Origin: Candidatus Marinacidobacterales bacterium
Lineage (GTDB): Bacteria; Acidobacteriota; Vicinamibacteria; Marinacidobacterales; DATDRI01
Assembly: GCA_965226495.1 (NCBI GenBank)
Contig: OZ245365.1
Location: 4,672,001 to 4,736,000, forward strand
Direction: 5' to 3'
Length of the DNA stretch: 64,000 bases
Positions 28,151 to 37,837 of this stretch are shown piece by piece. Every line of letters starts with the position of its first letter. Positions within the stretch are counted from its first letter, which is position 1. Below the pieces are notes generated by a model that searched no databases, had not been told where the DNA came from, and was given only the letters and a program-made list of their open reading frames with translations. Position numbers and translations under genes: made by a program.

Positions 28151-28371
28151 CTAGTGTCCTGTCTCAGTAGTTCGTTGCACAAAGCTCGAGGCCATTTTGT
28201 GTGCTGGCGAGGCGTGCCGACGAAGTCATATCTGGATATTTCCCGCCTTCCGCAGCGAGCCTGCCGAGCGGAGGGCTAGGCCGAAGGCCGAACTGCAATG
28301 AATGCCGCAACGAAGCCAGCGCGCAAAAGGGGCCGAGATTTATATGACGAACTACTCGGACGGGGCACTAG
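28151..28371. mobile_element. MITE-like long hairpin element, copy B, bounded by CTAG
   Basis: IRs CTAGTGTCCTGTCTCAGTAGTTCGTTGCACAAAGCTCG and (revcomp) CTAGTGCCCCGTCCGAGTAGTTCGTCATATAAATCTCG. Confidence 0.8.
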
Positions 28372-30004
28372 GTCGAGGGTGGCTCTCGGGCGCGACGTAC
28401 CAATTGAAGTCGCAGGAAGGAACGATAGTCCCCTCCTCGGCGACGTGCTCGATCAATAGGTTTCTGACTTCTTCTGAGGAGCGCCACAGGATTTCCGCGT
28501 CGGTGAGCATTTTGTAGCCCCCGCCGCCTGCCGCACGATAGTTCGTCGTCACCAACGTGAACTCTTGCTCGGGATCCATCTTCCTTCCTTGGTAACTGAG
28601 CTCTCGAATCCGATCGCCCACCGGCCGCGTGGGATCGATTCGATAATCGGCGCCTGCCAACATGTCGAAGTTGTATGCACGCACGAGAGGATCGAGCTCG
28701 ATCACGAGTCGCCCGGTCTCGGCGTCGAGCACGGCGTGTTCGTAGTATCGGGCCGAGTGCTCGAGAGCTTCTTTCACGTCACGTCCCTTCACTTTCAGAA
28801 CCACGAGGGTGTTGTCGTATGGATAGAAGGACAGAAGCTGCTGTACGGTTACCGGTCCTGCCGGGATTCCTTCGAAACGATAGGGTAAAAGAGCGGCCAG
28901 AGATAATTGCGCTCCACTTTCCTCGAGCATGACTCTCTGGAGAAGATCCATGAGCGCCGTATCTCGAAAACGTGCTCGCTCGGCGCCGAGCGGCTCGAGC
29001 GCCTCGCCGAGGACACTACTGATATAGGCCATCGTCCTCTCGTGATAGGGCCGACCGAGCTCTAGCACTTTTTCGTCGGACTCGAAGTCCGATGCCGATA
29101 GGAGCTCTCCATCCCAGCGGCTCAGCCGCAACTTTCCGGAAGAATCTTTCTCGAAATGCAGATCGACGCGGCACAAAGAATCTCCCCAACGGCCCGGCTC
29201 ACAGAGGATCACTCCGTTCAACTCTTGCGGAGGGACCTTCTGGTGGGCGTGGCCCATGAGAATGACGTCGATCCCCGGCACTTCTTTCGTCAACCGATAG
29301 ACTTGGTTCTCATACTCCGACTTGTTGGATTCACCACTCTCGAGGTCGCGCTCGAGCGCTTGATGGGTCACGACCACGACAGTATCGACCCCTTCCTTCT
29401 CGAGGAGTATCGGTACGTATTGCTTCGCAGCCTCCACCGTGTCCACGAACTCGAGGCCGGCATAGTTCTCGGGCGTCTCCCACGTCGGGACGGCGCGCGT
29501 TGTGAGGCCCAGGATCCCCACCTTGACGCCGTTCAATTCTTTCACGAGATAGGGCTCGAAGAGCGTCCCTCCCTCTTCGGTCACGACGTTGGCCGAGAGC
29601 CAAGGGAAAGACGCGTCGTTCCTTGCGCGCTGGAGAACTTCGAGACCAAAGTTGAATTCATGATTACCGACCGCCATTGCGTCGAATCCGACCCGGTTCA
29701 TGGCCAGCATGGTCGGCTCGTGTGGACCGGGGTGCTTCCGTTGATGAACGTAGGCGAGGGCCGATCCTTGGATCGTGTCTCCGGCGTCGAGCAAGAGCAC
29801 CGGTCGTCCTTCCGAGCGGACGGACTCGACCATCGTGGCAACTCTCGCCACCCCGATATCGGCATCTCGGTTTCGGAAGTAGTCGAAGGGGTAGATGTAT
29901 CCATGCAGATCGGACGTCTGAAGCAAGGTGATCTGCTGAGCGTGGAGTGGGAGGGCGAGGAGGTGAAGGGCAGCGACAGCGGTGGCAGTTCGCATCATCT
30001 TCAT
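28352..30004 (-). CDS. Secreted bifunctional 5'-nucleotidase / 2',3'-cyclic phosphodiesterase
   Basis: Signal peptide; TSDLHG, DAGDTIQGS, GNHEFNFG, GHAH, TNYRAAGGGGY. Confidence 0.92.
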   Translation of the reverse strand: MKMMRTATAVAALHLLALPLHAQQITLLQTSDLHGYIYPFDYFRNRDADIGVARVATMVESVRSEGRPVLLLDAGDTIQGSALAYVHQRKHPGPHEPTMLAMNRVGFDAMAVGNHEFNFGLEVLQRARNDASFPWLSANVVTEEGGTLFEPYLVKELNGVKVGILGLTTRAVPTWETPENYAGLEFVDTVEAAKQYVPILLEKEGVDTVVVVTHQALERDLESGESNKSEYENQVYRLTKEVPGIDVILMGHAHQKVPPQELNGVILCEPGRWGDSLCRVDLHFEKDSSGKLRLSRWDGELLSASDFESDEKVLELGRPYHERTMAYISSVLGEALEPLGAERARFRDTALMDLLQRVMLEESGAQLSLAALLPYRFEGIPAGPVTVQQLLSFYPYDNTLVVLKVKGRDVKEALEHSARYYEHAVLDAETGRLVIELDPLVRAYNFDMLAGADYRIDPTRPVGDRIRELSYQGRKMDPEQEFTLVTTNYRAAGGGGYKMLTDAEILWRSSEEVRNLLIEHVAEEGTIVPSCDFNWYVAPESHPRPSAPSE

Positions 30005-30107
30005 TAGTAACCTCGCTTAACTGGTACTATACATCGATGCCGATGACCGGGCCTCTGGTGGAACGCCAAAATACGGAGCTGCCAACGGTCAAAGTGGCCA
30101 GGCGTCC

Positions 30108-31073
30108 ATGAAATATCGTCGGCTTGGAAGAACCAACCTCCAGATCTCCGAGGTCGGTTTCGGCGCCTGGGCCATTGGCGGCCCCGTCGACATTGCCGGG
30201 AAGCCTTTCGGCTGGGGTCCGGCGGACGAAACGCAAACGACCACCGCCATCCGGCGGGCGCTCGATCTGGGAGTCAATTTTTTCGACACTGCTGACGTTT
30301 ACGGTCTCGGCCGCAGCGAAGAAATCCTGGGACGCGTCCTCAAGGGCCGAGACGTCATCATCGCCACCAAAGCTGGCAACATCCGCACCGAGTCCGGGCA
30401 GACCGGCAAAGACTTCAGCAAGGACTATCTGCTCGAAGCGGTAGAAGGAAGCTTGAAGCGGCTTCGACGGGAGACTCTCGACCTCTTCCAGCTCCACAAT
30501 CCTTCCGAAGAGGAACTACGGCGGGGAGATTGTCTCGAAGCGTTGGAGCAGATTCGCCAAACGGGGAAGGTTCGCCACACCGGCGTCTCCATCAACAACC
30601 CCGAAGAAGGGCTCGCAGTGCTCAACGGTCCCCTTCCAGTGGATAGCCTTCAGCTTGTTTACAACTTGCTCAAGACCCGGATGGCGGAACGCGTGCTACC
30701 GCTGGCCCTCGAAGAGGACGTGGGGGTCATTGCGCGGGTGCCTTTTCAATACGGCCTGCTAACCGGGAAATTCGAGCGTGACGTCAGCTTTCGAAAAGAC
30801 GACCATCGAAGCTGGACCCTCGCTCCAGAGCTCATCGAGAAAGGCGTCGACTTGCTGGAAGCGCTTTCCCCCCACCTCGAGCAACATAGCCTGTCGGCGG
30901 CCCAGTACGCGCTGAAATTCGTCCTCGCCCATCCGGCCGTGTCACTCACCATTCCCGGGGCACGAACACCGGATCAAGTCGAGTCGAACGTGTCGGCCTC
31001 CGATGGCGCTCCCCTGCCGCCCTCTCTGCTACGCGCCACCGCAGAAGCGCAGCGGCTCGAAGCACCTAGCTGA
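30108..31073 (+). CDS. Aldo/keto reductase
   Basis: MKYRRLGRTNL, FFDTADVYG, SLKRL, LFQLHN, IPGART. Confidence 0.93.
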   Translation: MKYRRLGRTNLQISEVGFGAWAIGGPVDIAGKPFGWGPADETQTTTAIRRALDLGVNFFDTADVYGLGRSEEILGRVLKGRDVIIATKAGNIRTESGQTGKDFSKDYLLEAVEGSLKRLRRETLDLFQLHNPSEEELRRGDCLEALEQIRQTGKVRHTGVSINNPEEGLAVLNGPLPVDSLQLVYNLLKTRMAERVLPLALEEDVGVIARVPFQYGLLTGKFERDVSFRKDDHRSWTLAPELIEKGVDLLEALSPHLEQHSLSAAQYALKFVLAHPAVSLTIPGARTPDQVESNVSASDGAPLPPSLLRATAEAQRLEAPS

Positions 31074-31156
31074 AGCAACAGTTTGCACGCGCCGTCTGAA
31101 TTGGGCTAGTGTCGTCCCAGCTTCCTTGCCCAGACTTCCTAAAACTCGGTAGTCAT

Positions 31157-31417
31157 ATGTCCGAAAACGACGCCCCAAAGGAGTTGGCCGCGAAGGAAGC
31201 CTTCGCCCTATCGCTGCTCGTGATCGTAGTGGGGGGTCTCCTCTTTGCCGCGTTCTCATTCATTACTTTTGGAGTGCCCCTACTGGTCGTTGCCATCGCG
31301 GGCATCCTTTGGATGTACGTCGGCATCATGAAGTGGGTCGACCGCACACTGACGAAACGGACCGCCTCTCGGGGGACTCCTGCTGACGGGGCCGAGGGGG
31401 GCGGCGACTCTCGGTGA
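31157..31417 (+). CDS. Small two-TM membrane protein
   Basis: Two hydrophobic helices; overlaps the next start (GTGA). Confidence 0.6.
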   Translation: MSENDAPKELAAKEAFALSLLVIVVGGLLFAAFSFITFGVPLLVVAIAGILWMYVGIMKWVDRTLTKRTASRGTPADGAEGGGDSR

Positions 31418-31848
31418 GCCTCAAAGATATTCTTGCCGGGCGGCCTAAGATCATCGCCCGGACCCGAACCGGCAAATGCTTCAAGGGCTACCTTCGGGAC
31501 GGCCGATTCTTATCCCGTGGTCGGCTGCGCATGACCACCCTCGAAGGCGAAGAGCTGCCGGTGGATCTTAGTCAACTGAAGGGTGTGTTCTTCGTGCGCG
31601 ATTTCAAGGGCAACGAGAACTACCTGGAGACTAAGGTCTTGATGGCTGATCCCGAACAGCTCGGCCTGAGGGTACGACTGCGGTTCGAAGACAACGAGAC
31701 GATGGAAGGTATCGCCGAGAACCAGCTAGAGCTACTCGAGTCGGCCGGTTTTTTCTTTTGGCCCGCCGATCCGGAGGCCAACAACAGCTTGATCTTCGTG
31801 GTCACGTCGGCCTTGTTGGGTTTCCGCGTCCTCAGCGTCAAGGGTTGA
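31414..31848 (+). CDS. DUF6982-like conserved protein
   Basis: LKGVFFVRDF, GLRVRLRFEDNETMEG, GFFFWPADPEANN pattern. Confidence 0.7.
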   Translation: MSLKDILAGRPKIIARTRTGKCFKGYLRDGRFLSRGRLRMTTLEGEELPVDLSQLKGVFFVRDFKGNENYLETKVLMADPEQLGLRVRLRFEDNETMEGIAENQLELLESAGFFFWPADPEANNSLIFVVTSALLGFRVLSVKG

Positions 31849-31954
31849 GGGACGCCTGCCTAACTCGATCGTGGCAACGTGTTATTCTGGCGCCCTTCAG
31901 TAACCTCCTCCTTCATTAGTAAGGACCCGAACAGGAGAGCAAAGGAGAGAAATT

Positions 31955-32317
31955 GTGAAAGAACCGAAAGTGATACGTCTTCAGCCGGACGGCCCCATGA
32001 AGGAAGTGCTCGAAGGCTCGGCGTCGATGAAGCACGTCTTGCTCGACAAGATGAGCATTGCGCTCTTCAAGGTCCCCAAAGGCAAAGGCAGCCAGATTCC
32101 CGAACATTTCCACCGACACGCGGAAGAGATTGGGATCCAGTTGAAAGGAACGGCGAAGGTCTTCGCAGGCGGCGAGGAGTACGTGGTCAAGGAGGGAGAG
32201 GCCATCATTATTCCGGCGGGTGTCGAGCATACGGGGGTTTTCAGTGATGATGAGGAGTGCTGGCTCCTCGCGATCGCAAGCCCGCCGCGCACCGACTACG
32301 GCCCGCCCAACTGGTAA
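31955..32317 (+). CDS. Cupin domain protein
   Basis: PEHFHRHAEE and IIPAGVEH metal-binding motifs. Confidence 0.87.
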   Translation: MKEPKVIRLQPDGPMKEVLEGSASMKHVLLDKMSIALFKVPKGKGSQIPEHFHRHAEEIGIQLKGTAKVFAGGEEYVVKEGEAIIIPAGVEHTGVFSDDEECWLLAIASPPRTDYGPPNW

Positions 32318-32324
32318 GTCGGAC

Positions 32325-33773
32325 TCAGTTCAGCAAGGATCGATACTCTTCTCGCTTGGAATCGAGTCCCTTAGCGTTAGTCGAGAGTGAGACGACAACG
32401 AAGACGGCCAACGAGACCAGGAACGCCCATGACGCCGCGCCGAGTGGCGTCGGAAAGAGCCTGCCCCAAGGAGAGAACTCCTTGACCAGCAGAACGAAAA
32501 GTCCGAGGAATAGCGACCAAAAGGCCGCCACCGCGCTCGACCTCTTCCAGTAAAACATCCCCAAAACGCTGGGGACGAAGATTACGTTGACACCGATACC
32601 CAACATTATTAATGACAGGACCGACCGCCACTCGAGCAAGAGGCTCCAGGAGTAGATGCCTAGAAGGAGCGCCACCGTTGCCAGCCGTGCGAACCGGAGA
32701 TCCGAGCCCGCTTCTGTTTTTCGGGGAAAGAGCGGCCTCAGGTCCACGGAAATGATCGAGCCGGCGGTCAACATCTGGCTGTCCACGGTCGACATACCGC
32801 CTGCAAAGGCAGCCACCAATACGAACGCGCCAAAGACCGGCGCGTGTCGATTGAAAATGGCGCCGAGCACGCTATCTCCATCGGCTAATCCATCGGGGAA
32901 GATCGTAATGCCCGCCGTGCCAATGACCCAGGCCACGAAGAAAAGAACGAGGTAGATGACAGGAAGCACCACGACGATTCTCGCTACCGACAGCGCCGAC
33001 CTGGCCATGTACATACGCTGCCAGACGTAGGGGAGAAACGGAAGGCCGAGGGCGATGATTAGGTACTCGTAGTAACCGATCCCGACGCTTACGAACCCCG
33101 CCTTCTCCGGAGCGCGCGCCACGAGATTCTCCATGAGCACATCCCAACCCCCCGCCCAGTGAACTACGAGGAACCCGGATACCAAGAGGAACGTCCCGAG
33201 AATCGTGCCCTGCACCACGTCGGTCCAAATGACGGCACGGGCACCACCGAAGTAGACGTAGAGTCCGATCGCCAAACAGGCCAAGGACACGCCGACGGAA
33301 TACGGTATGGCTCCACCGGTCAGAGCTTCGAACGTTTTGCCCACCGCCACCATCTGAGCAGCGGCGTGGGGGATCATGCTGAGCAAGCCGGCGACGGCGG
33401 TGACGATCAACACCCTCTTGCTCCCGTAGAAATCTTCGAGCAGTTGTGCGGGCGTTACGAACCGCTTAACCTTTCCGAGCTTCCAGAATTTGTCGACGAC
33501 GAGCATCATTATTACTGGAACCAAAATGAAGAAAAATACCCAGAAATAACCGCTTCCCATGGTGAAGAACGCAGACGGCGAGGAAACGATCGTGCCCGTC
33601 GAGAACAAGCTCGCCATCGTGGTGAACACGAGCGCCAGCATCGGCACCTCGCGCTTCGATAGGAAGTAGTCCTCGGTATCGGTCCCCGAGCGTCGGTAGG
33701 CGAAGAGCCCTATGAGCCTCAAGAACGCCAGATAAACGACGAGAATGAGGATGGTGAAAGACGTGATGCTCAT
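32325..33773 (-). CDS. Sodium:solute symporter family protein
   Basis: EDYFL, GGARAVIWTDVVQG, AGGMSTVDS; about 13 TM. Confidence 0.9.
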   Translation of the reverse strand: MSITSFTILILVVYLAFLRLIGLFAYRRSGTDTEDYFLSKREVPMLALVFTTMASLFSTGTIVSSPSAFFTMGSGYFWVFFFILVPVIMMLVVDKFWKLGKVKRFVTPAQLLEDFYGSKRVLIVTAVAGLLSMIPHAAAQMVAVGKTFEALTGGAIPYSVGVSLACLAIGLYVYFGGARAVIWTDVVQGTILGTFLLVSGFLVVHWAGGWDVLMENLVARAPEKAGFVSVGIGYYEYLIIALGLPFLPYVWQRMYMARSALSVARIVVVLPVIYLVLFFVAWVIGTAGITIFPDGLADGDSVLGAIFNRHAPVFGAFVLVAAFAGGMSTVDSQMLTAGSIISVDLRPLFPRKTEAGSDLRFARLATVALLLGIYSWSLLLEWRSVLSLIMLGIGVNVIFVPSVLGMFYWKRSSAVAAFWSLFLGLFVLLVKEFSPWGRLFPTPLGAASWAFLVSLAVFVVVSLSTNAKGLDSKREEYRSLLN

Positions 33774-34021
33774 CGAGGCCCCTCGGGCCTATCGAGACTG
33801 TCGAGCCTGTCGAGATTGACAGCGCGATTCTTGTACCAGAAAAGGTAGATGAAGAGGATTCCGGCGACCATCGCAACCGAAGCGAACAGAATCCCCAGCA
33901 GGGGGGCCGGGATCCCCCAGAGCGCCCACCCGTTGAGCCCGCTTAGATCGACGACGTTGAGGGGTATCAGGAGCTGGAGCAGAAAGCCGACCCCAACGAG
34001 AGTCCATCCCAGTCTCGTCAT
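33770..34021 (-). CDS. Small membrane accessory protein of the SSS transporter
   Basis: Two TM segments, LWGIP motif, overlaps the SSS start. Confidence 0.6.
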   Translation of the reverse strand: MTRLGWTLVGVGFLLQLLIPLNVVDLSGLNGWALWGIPAPLLGILFASVAMVAGILFIYLFWYKNRAVNLDRLDSLDRPEGPR

Positions 34022-34056
34022 ACCGGAAGTCTAATAGCGGGGGGTGGTCGCCGGCG

Positions 34057-35964
34057 TCAAAGAATCACTCGCTCGCTTCCCACTCTCCGCGTCACGTGCT
34101 CTCGATCCAGCCACTCCAAGAGTGGAATGGCGTGCTTTCGAGTGACGCCGGCCAGATCCTTGAAGAAGGCGACGTCGATCTTGGGTCTCTTTTCTTTCTG
34201 CTGCCGCACAGATTGCTTCAACTCGTCGAGGGCATCGCGATGAAACACCATGCCTTCGGTCAACTTGACCAGAGTTCCCTCCTGGATGAGCAGGCGCTCG
34301 ATACGCTGCAGAAGTTTCAGATCGCGGCGGTTCTTGGTGGCGATCTCGGCCAGCGCGGCCGGTTGATAGCGGGCCTTCAGAAACGTCTCGCCGAGAAACG
34401 AGCGGGCGTCCGCTTCCTCCGATGACAGCTCGATACGGTGGTCGCTCGTTGCCACCCAATCCTTGACGGTCCGGAGCCTTCCGTCTTGGACCAGACGACC
34501 GAGCGACCATTCGAATATCTCCAATGGTGCGCGGGCGGTCGCCTTTTCTCGGAGCTCGCCGCGAGGCATGCCCTCGCGCAGTGGGTTCGCCGTTTGAAAC
34601 GACTTCAGCTCCAGCAGTATTTGCTCCGAGACTTGCTCAGCCGTCTCCGGTGCTAGGAGCAACAGCGGTTTCTCCGAGATCCGAAAGACACGTTCGTTCG
34701 AAAGCAGAACCTCGACGAGCTTCGCGAGGGTGGCGCCGTCGATACCGAGCCGTCGCGCCAACTCGGAACCCTCGAGACCGCCGAGACCCGCCTCGGCTAC
34801 AAACGATGCGGCGGTTTCGACTCGATCGCCCGACCGCAGCGCGGCGAGTCGTTCTACCACTTCGCGGCTGGTCACAGAGTGCTTCGGAGGAGACGGGTCG
34901 AGAACTCTACCTCCCCCCAACGTCTCGAGGGGTGAGTAGCGTCGAATGATGAATCGATCCGAAGCGGTGGCGACCACTGGCGTCTCGAGACGGAATTGAA
35001 CGAGTCCGCGCATCCCTGGAGCGACGGCACCTTGGTTCCCCAAGACCCTGACCCGGGCGACGGCGACGGCGGTCCCGATGTGGAGATGTACCCGCGCTAG
35101 ATCTTTGATGGGGGTCGGAGACGATACCAAGACCTCGAGCTCCGCATCCAGCATCATGCTGGGGAGCAGGGTGCTCGAACGCGCTAAGGTGTCCCCTCGA
35201 ACAACCTCACTCATCTCGATGCCCTGTAGATTGACGGCGGTTCGTTGACCGGCGAGCGCGCGTTCTACGGCTTCACCGTGAACCTGCAACCCGCGCACGC
35301 GAGCCTTGGCACCACGGGGCAAAACTTCCACTTCCTCATCCACCGCGATGGTGCCCGACGTCAACGTCCCGGTAACGACCGCCCCGAATCCCTTCATCGT
35401 GAAGACCCTATCCACCGGTAGACGGAAGAGACCGTCGCTGGGTCGGGCGTCGACTCCGGCGGCGATGTCCAACAAGATCCGTTTCAGCTCGTCGACGCCC
35501 TCACCGGTTTTCGAAGAGACGTAAACCGTCTGGGCTCCCTCGAGGAAGCTACCCTTGGTCAGCTCACTCACCTCCATCGCCGCAATCTCCCGAAGCTCCG
35601 GTTCAACCAAGTCCGCCTTGGTAATCACCACCACGCCCTGTTTCACACGTAGGAGACGGCAAATCTCGAAGTGCTCGCGAGTCTGAGGCATTACCGACTC
35701 GTCGGCCGCCACGATGAGCATCACCATGTCGATGCCCCCGGCGCCCGCCAACATGTTTTTCACGAATCGCTCATGCCCCGGAACATCGACGAACCCCAGG
35801 GTAAGCCGCTCGGGGTAGGTCAAGAACGCGAACCCCAAGTCGATAGTGATTCCCCTTTCCTTTTCCTCCTTCAGCCGATCGGGATCGGTGCCGGTGAGAG
35901 CGCGTACCAAGGCGCTCTTCCCGTGATCGATGTGTCCGGCTGTACCGACGATGACATGCTTCAT
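34057..35964 (-). CDS. selB: Selenocysteine-specific elongation factor
   Basis: [37 protein letters not shown]-terminal winged helix [13 protein letters not shown]. Confidence 0.96.
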   Translation of the reverse strand: MKHVIVGTAGHIDHGKSALVRALTGTDPDRLKEEKERGITIDLGFAFLTYPERLTLGFVDVPGHERFVKNMLAGAGGIDMVMLIVAADESVMPQTREHFEICRLLRVKQGVVVITKADLVEPELREIAAMEVSELTKGSFLEGAQTVYVSSKTGEGVDELKRILLDIAAGVDARPSDGLFRLPVDRVFTMKGFGAVVTGTLTSGTIAVDEEVEVLPRGAKARVRGLQVHGEAVERALAGQRTAVNLQGIEMSEVVRGDTLARSSTLLPSMMLDAELEVLVSSPTPIKDLARVHLHIGTAVAVARVRVLGNQGAVAPGMRGLVQFRLETPVVATASDRFIIRRYSPLETLGGGRVLDPSPPKHSVTSREVVERLAALRSGDRVETAASFVAEAGLGGLEGSELARRLGIDGATLAKLVEVLLSNERVFRISEKPLLLLAPETAEQVSEQILLELKSFQTANPLREGMPRGELREKATARAPLEIFEWSLGRLVQDGRLRTVKDWVATSDHRIELSSEEADARSFLGETFLKARYQPAALAEIATKNRRDLKLLQRIERLLIQEGTLVKLTEGMVFHRDALDELKQSVRQQKEKRPKIDVAFFKDLAGVTRKHAIPLLEWLDREHVTRRVGSERVIL

Positions 35965-36041
35965 GGCGAGTCCCCGATATGATAGCCGACCGGAAGAAGC
36001 GGTAAAACCGTGTGCTATCATGGAATCACAAAGAGGTGTTC

Positions 36042-36845
36042 ATGACCCGATCCAATCTCCTGTTCGTGCTTCTGTTCGCTTTCTCCACTTCCGCGGCTGC
36101 GACAACCGGCGCGGGAACCGTTCAAAACACCAGCAGCGAAAAAGAAGAATCGGAAGAGAGCACGATCCTTAGAGAGCTCCTCGAGATTCGCAAGGAGATC
36201 GAAACCTTGCGGAGAGAAATAGGAGATTTGCGGAGCAAGGTAGGCGATATCCACCGGGTTGCGGTGCGCCCGGCCCCGACCGCCCCACCGCCGCCGGAAA
36301 AGGTTAGCCTGGACGAGAGCCGCGCCCTCGGGAGTGCGGACGCGCAGATCGCGATCGTGGAGTTCTCCGATTACCAGTGTCCCTATTGCGCGCGTTTCTT
36401 CCAGCAAACGTTCCCCGCACTCAAGAAAAACTATATCGAGACGGGTAAGGTGCGCTTTTACTTTCGAGACTTCCCTCTCGAAAAGATCCACCCTCAGGCA
36501 AAGCCGTCGGCCATCGCCGCCAATTGCGCGGCGCGGCAAGGCGCCTACTGGGACATGCACCATGGATTGTTCGAGAATCAAAAGAGACTGGGCCCTGAGC
36601 TCTACCAGGAGTTAGCGAAGGAAATGGGGCTGGACGTCGCCGCCTTCGAAGCTTGTCTCGAAGAGCCGGCCGAGGACAAGCGAGTCGATCAGGAGCTCGC
36701 CTACGGCCAAAGCCTTACTGTTCAGGGAACGCCACATTATTTCGTGGGCCGTATCGAGGACGGTCAATTGATCGACGTGAAGCGCTTGAACGGCGCACAA
36801 CCGTTCGAGGCTTTTTCGCAAATCATCGAGCCGTATCTCAAGTAA
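36042..36845 (+). CDS. DsbA/BdbD-type thioredoxin-fold protein
   Basis: Signal peptide, coiled coil, EFSDYQCPYC, RDFPL, GTP. Confidence 0.9.
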   Translation: MTRSNLLFVLLFAFSTSAAATTGAGTVQNTSSEKEESEESTILRELLEIRKEIETLRREIGDLRSKVGDIHRVAVRPAPTAPPPPEKVSLDESRALGSADAQIAIVEFSDYQCPYCARFFQQTFPALKKNYIETGKVRFYFRDFPLEKIHPQAKPSAIAANCAARQGAYWDMHHGLFENQKRLGPELYQELAKEMGLDVAAFEACLEEPAEDKRVDQELAYGQSLTVQGTPHYFVGRIEDGQLIDVKRLNGAQPFEAFSQIIEPYLK

Positions 36846-36850
36846 ACCGA

Positions 36851-37807
36851 GTGCACCACCGCACGAAATCCTCCACCATCGACCGCAGAACGTTTCTAAC
36901 CGTTACCGCTGGCGTCGCCCTTACCGGTGCCACGAAGCGAGAGGTCGGCGTCGAAGTAGAAGTTCTGGGTACGGCGCAGGACGCGGGACTCCCCCATCTT
37001 GGCTGTCAAGAGGATCGCTGCCGGCGCGCTTTTGCCGATCCTTCTTTGCGCAAGCGCGTCGCGTCGATCGGGATCCGGGCTGGCGGAATCCCAGGCGATT
37101 CCTTGTTCTTGGTAGACGCCACCCCCGACATCGTCTCGCAGATAACGGATTTGCAAAGAGGCGTGGACCGTGGACGGAGACCGGTGGATGGGATTCTGCT
37201 CACCCACGCCCACATCGGGCATTACTTGGGTCTGGCCTTACTCGGCAAAGAGTCGATCGCCGCCGATCGGGTCCCTGTTTATTGCACGCAGTCCATGGCC
37301 GACTATTTGTCGAAGAATGGCCCATGGAGTCTTTTGGTGCCCTCGGAGCAGATCGTGCTCCGACCGATTGGCGAACGTAAGCTGCAGCTCACGGACCACC
37401 TCGAGGTCGAGGCCCTGGAGGTTCCTCACCGAGAAGAATTCACCGACACCATCGGTTTCATCTTCACTGGCCCCAAGGAGAGTCTTCTCTACATTCCAGA
37501 CATCGATCGGTGGGAAGAGCTCGAGCCGTCGATCGAGGAGCTGGCCGAGCGAGTGGATATTCTGCTCTTGGATGGTTCTTTTTGGGATCCGGGTCGGGAA
37601 TTATCGGCCCGAGATCCTTCCAAGATCCCGCACCCGCCCATGCCGGAGACGATGCGACGCTTGGGTTCCTACTCCAATACGCGAAAGATCTTCTTCACCC
37701 ACCTCAACCACACCAACCCGGCCTGGGATAAAGACTCTCCGGAACGCGCAAAGATCGAAGCATCGGGATTCGGAATCGCTGAGGAGGGCGACCGATTCGA
37801 GCTCTAG
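36851..37807 (+). CDS. MBL-fold metallohydrolase, PqqB-like
   Basis: LGTAQDAGLPHLGC, DATPD, LLTHAHIGHY, VPHREE, HLNHTNP; RRTFL Tat-like leader after GTG 36851. Confidence 0.82.
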   Translation: MHHRTKSSTIDRRTFLTVTAGVALTGATKREVGVEVEVLGTAQDAGLPHLGCQEDRCRRAFADPSLRKRVASIGIRAGGIPGDSLFLVDATPDIVSQITDLQRGVDRGRRPVDGILLTHAHIGHYLGLALLGKESIAADRVPVYCTQSMADYLSKNGPWSLLVPSEQIVLRPIGERKLQLTDHLEVEALEVPHREEFTDTIGFIFTGPKESLLYIPDIDRWEELEPSIEELAERVDILLLDGSFWDPGRELSARDPSKIPHPPMPETMRRLGSYSNTRKIFFTHLNHTNPAWDKDSPERAKIEASGFGIAEEGDRFEL

Positions 37808-37837
37808 CCCCGATCCGATAACGATCGTGCGCTGCCG

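Noticed and set aside
36851-37807. PQQ biosynthesis cluster
   Set aside because: No pqqA peptide (ExxxY), pqqC, pqqD or pqqE nearby.
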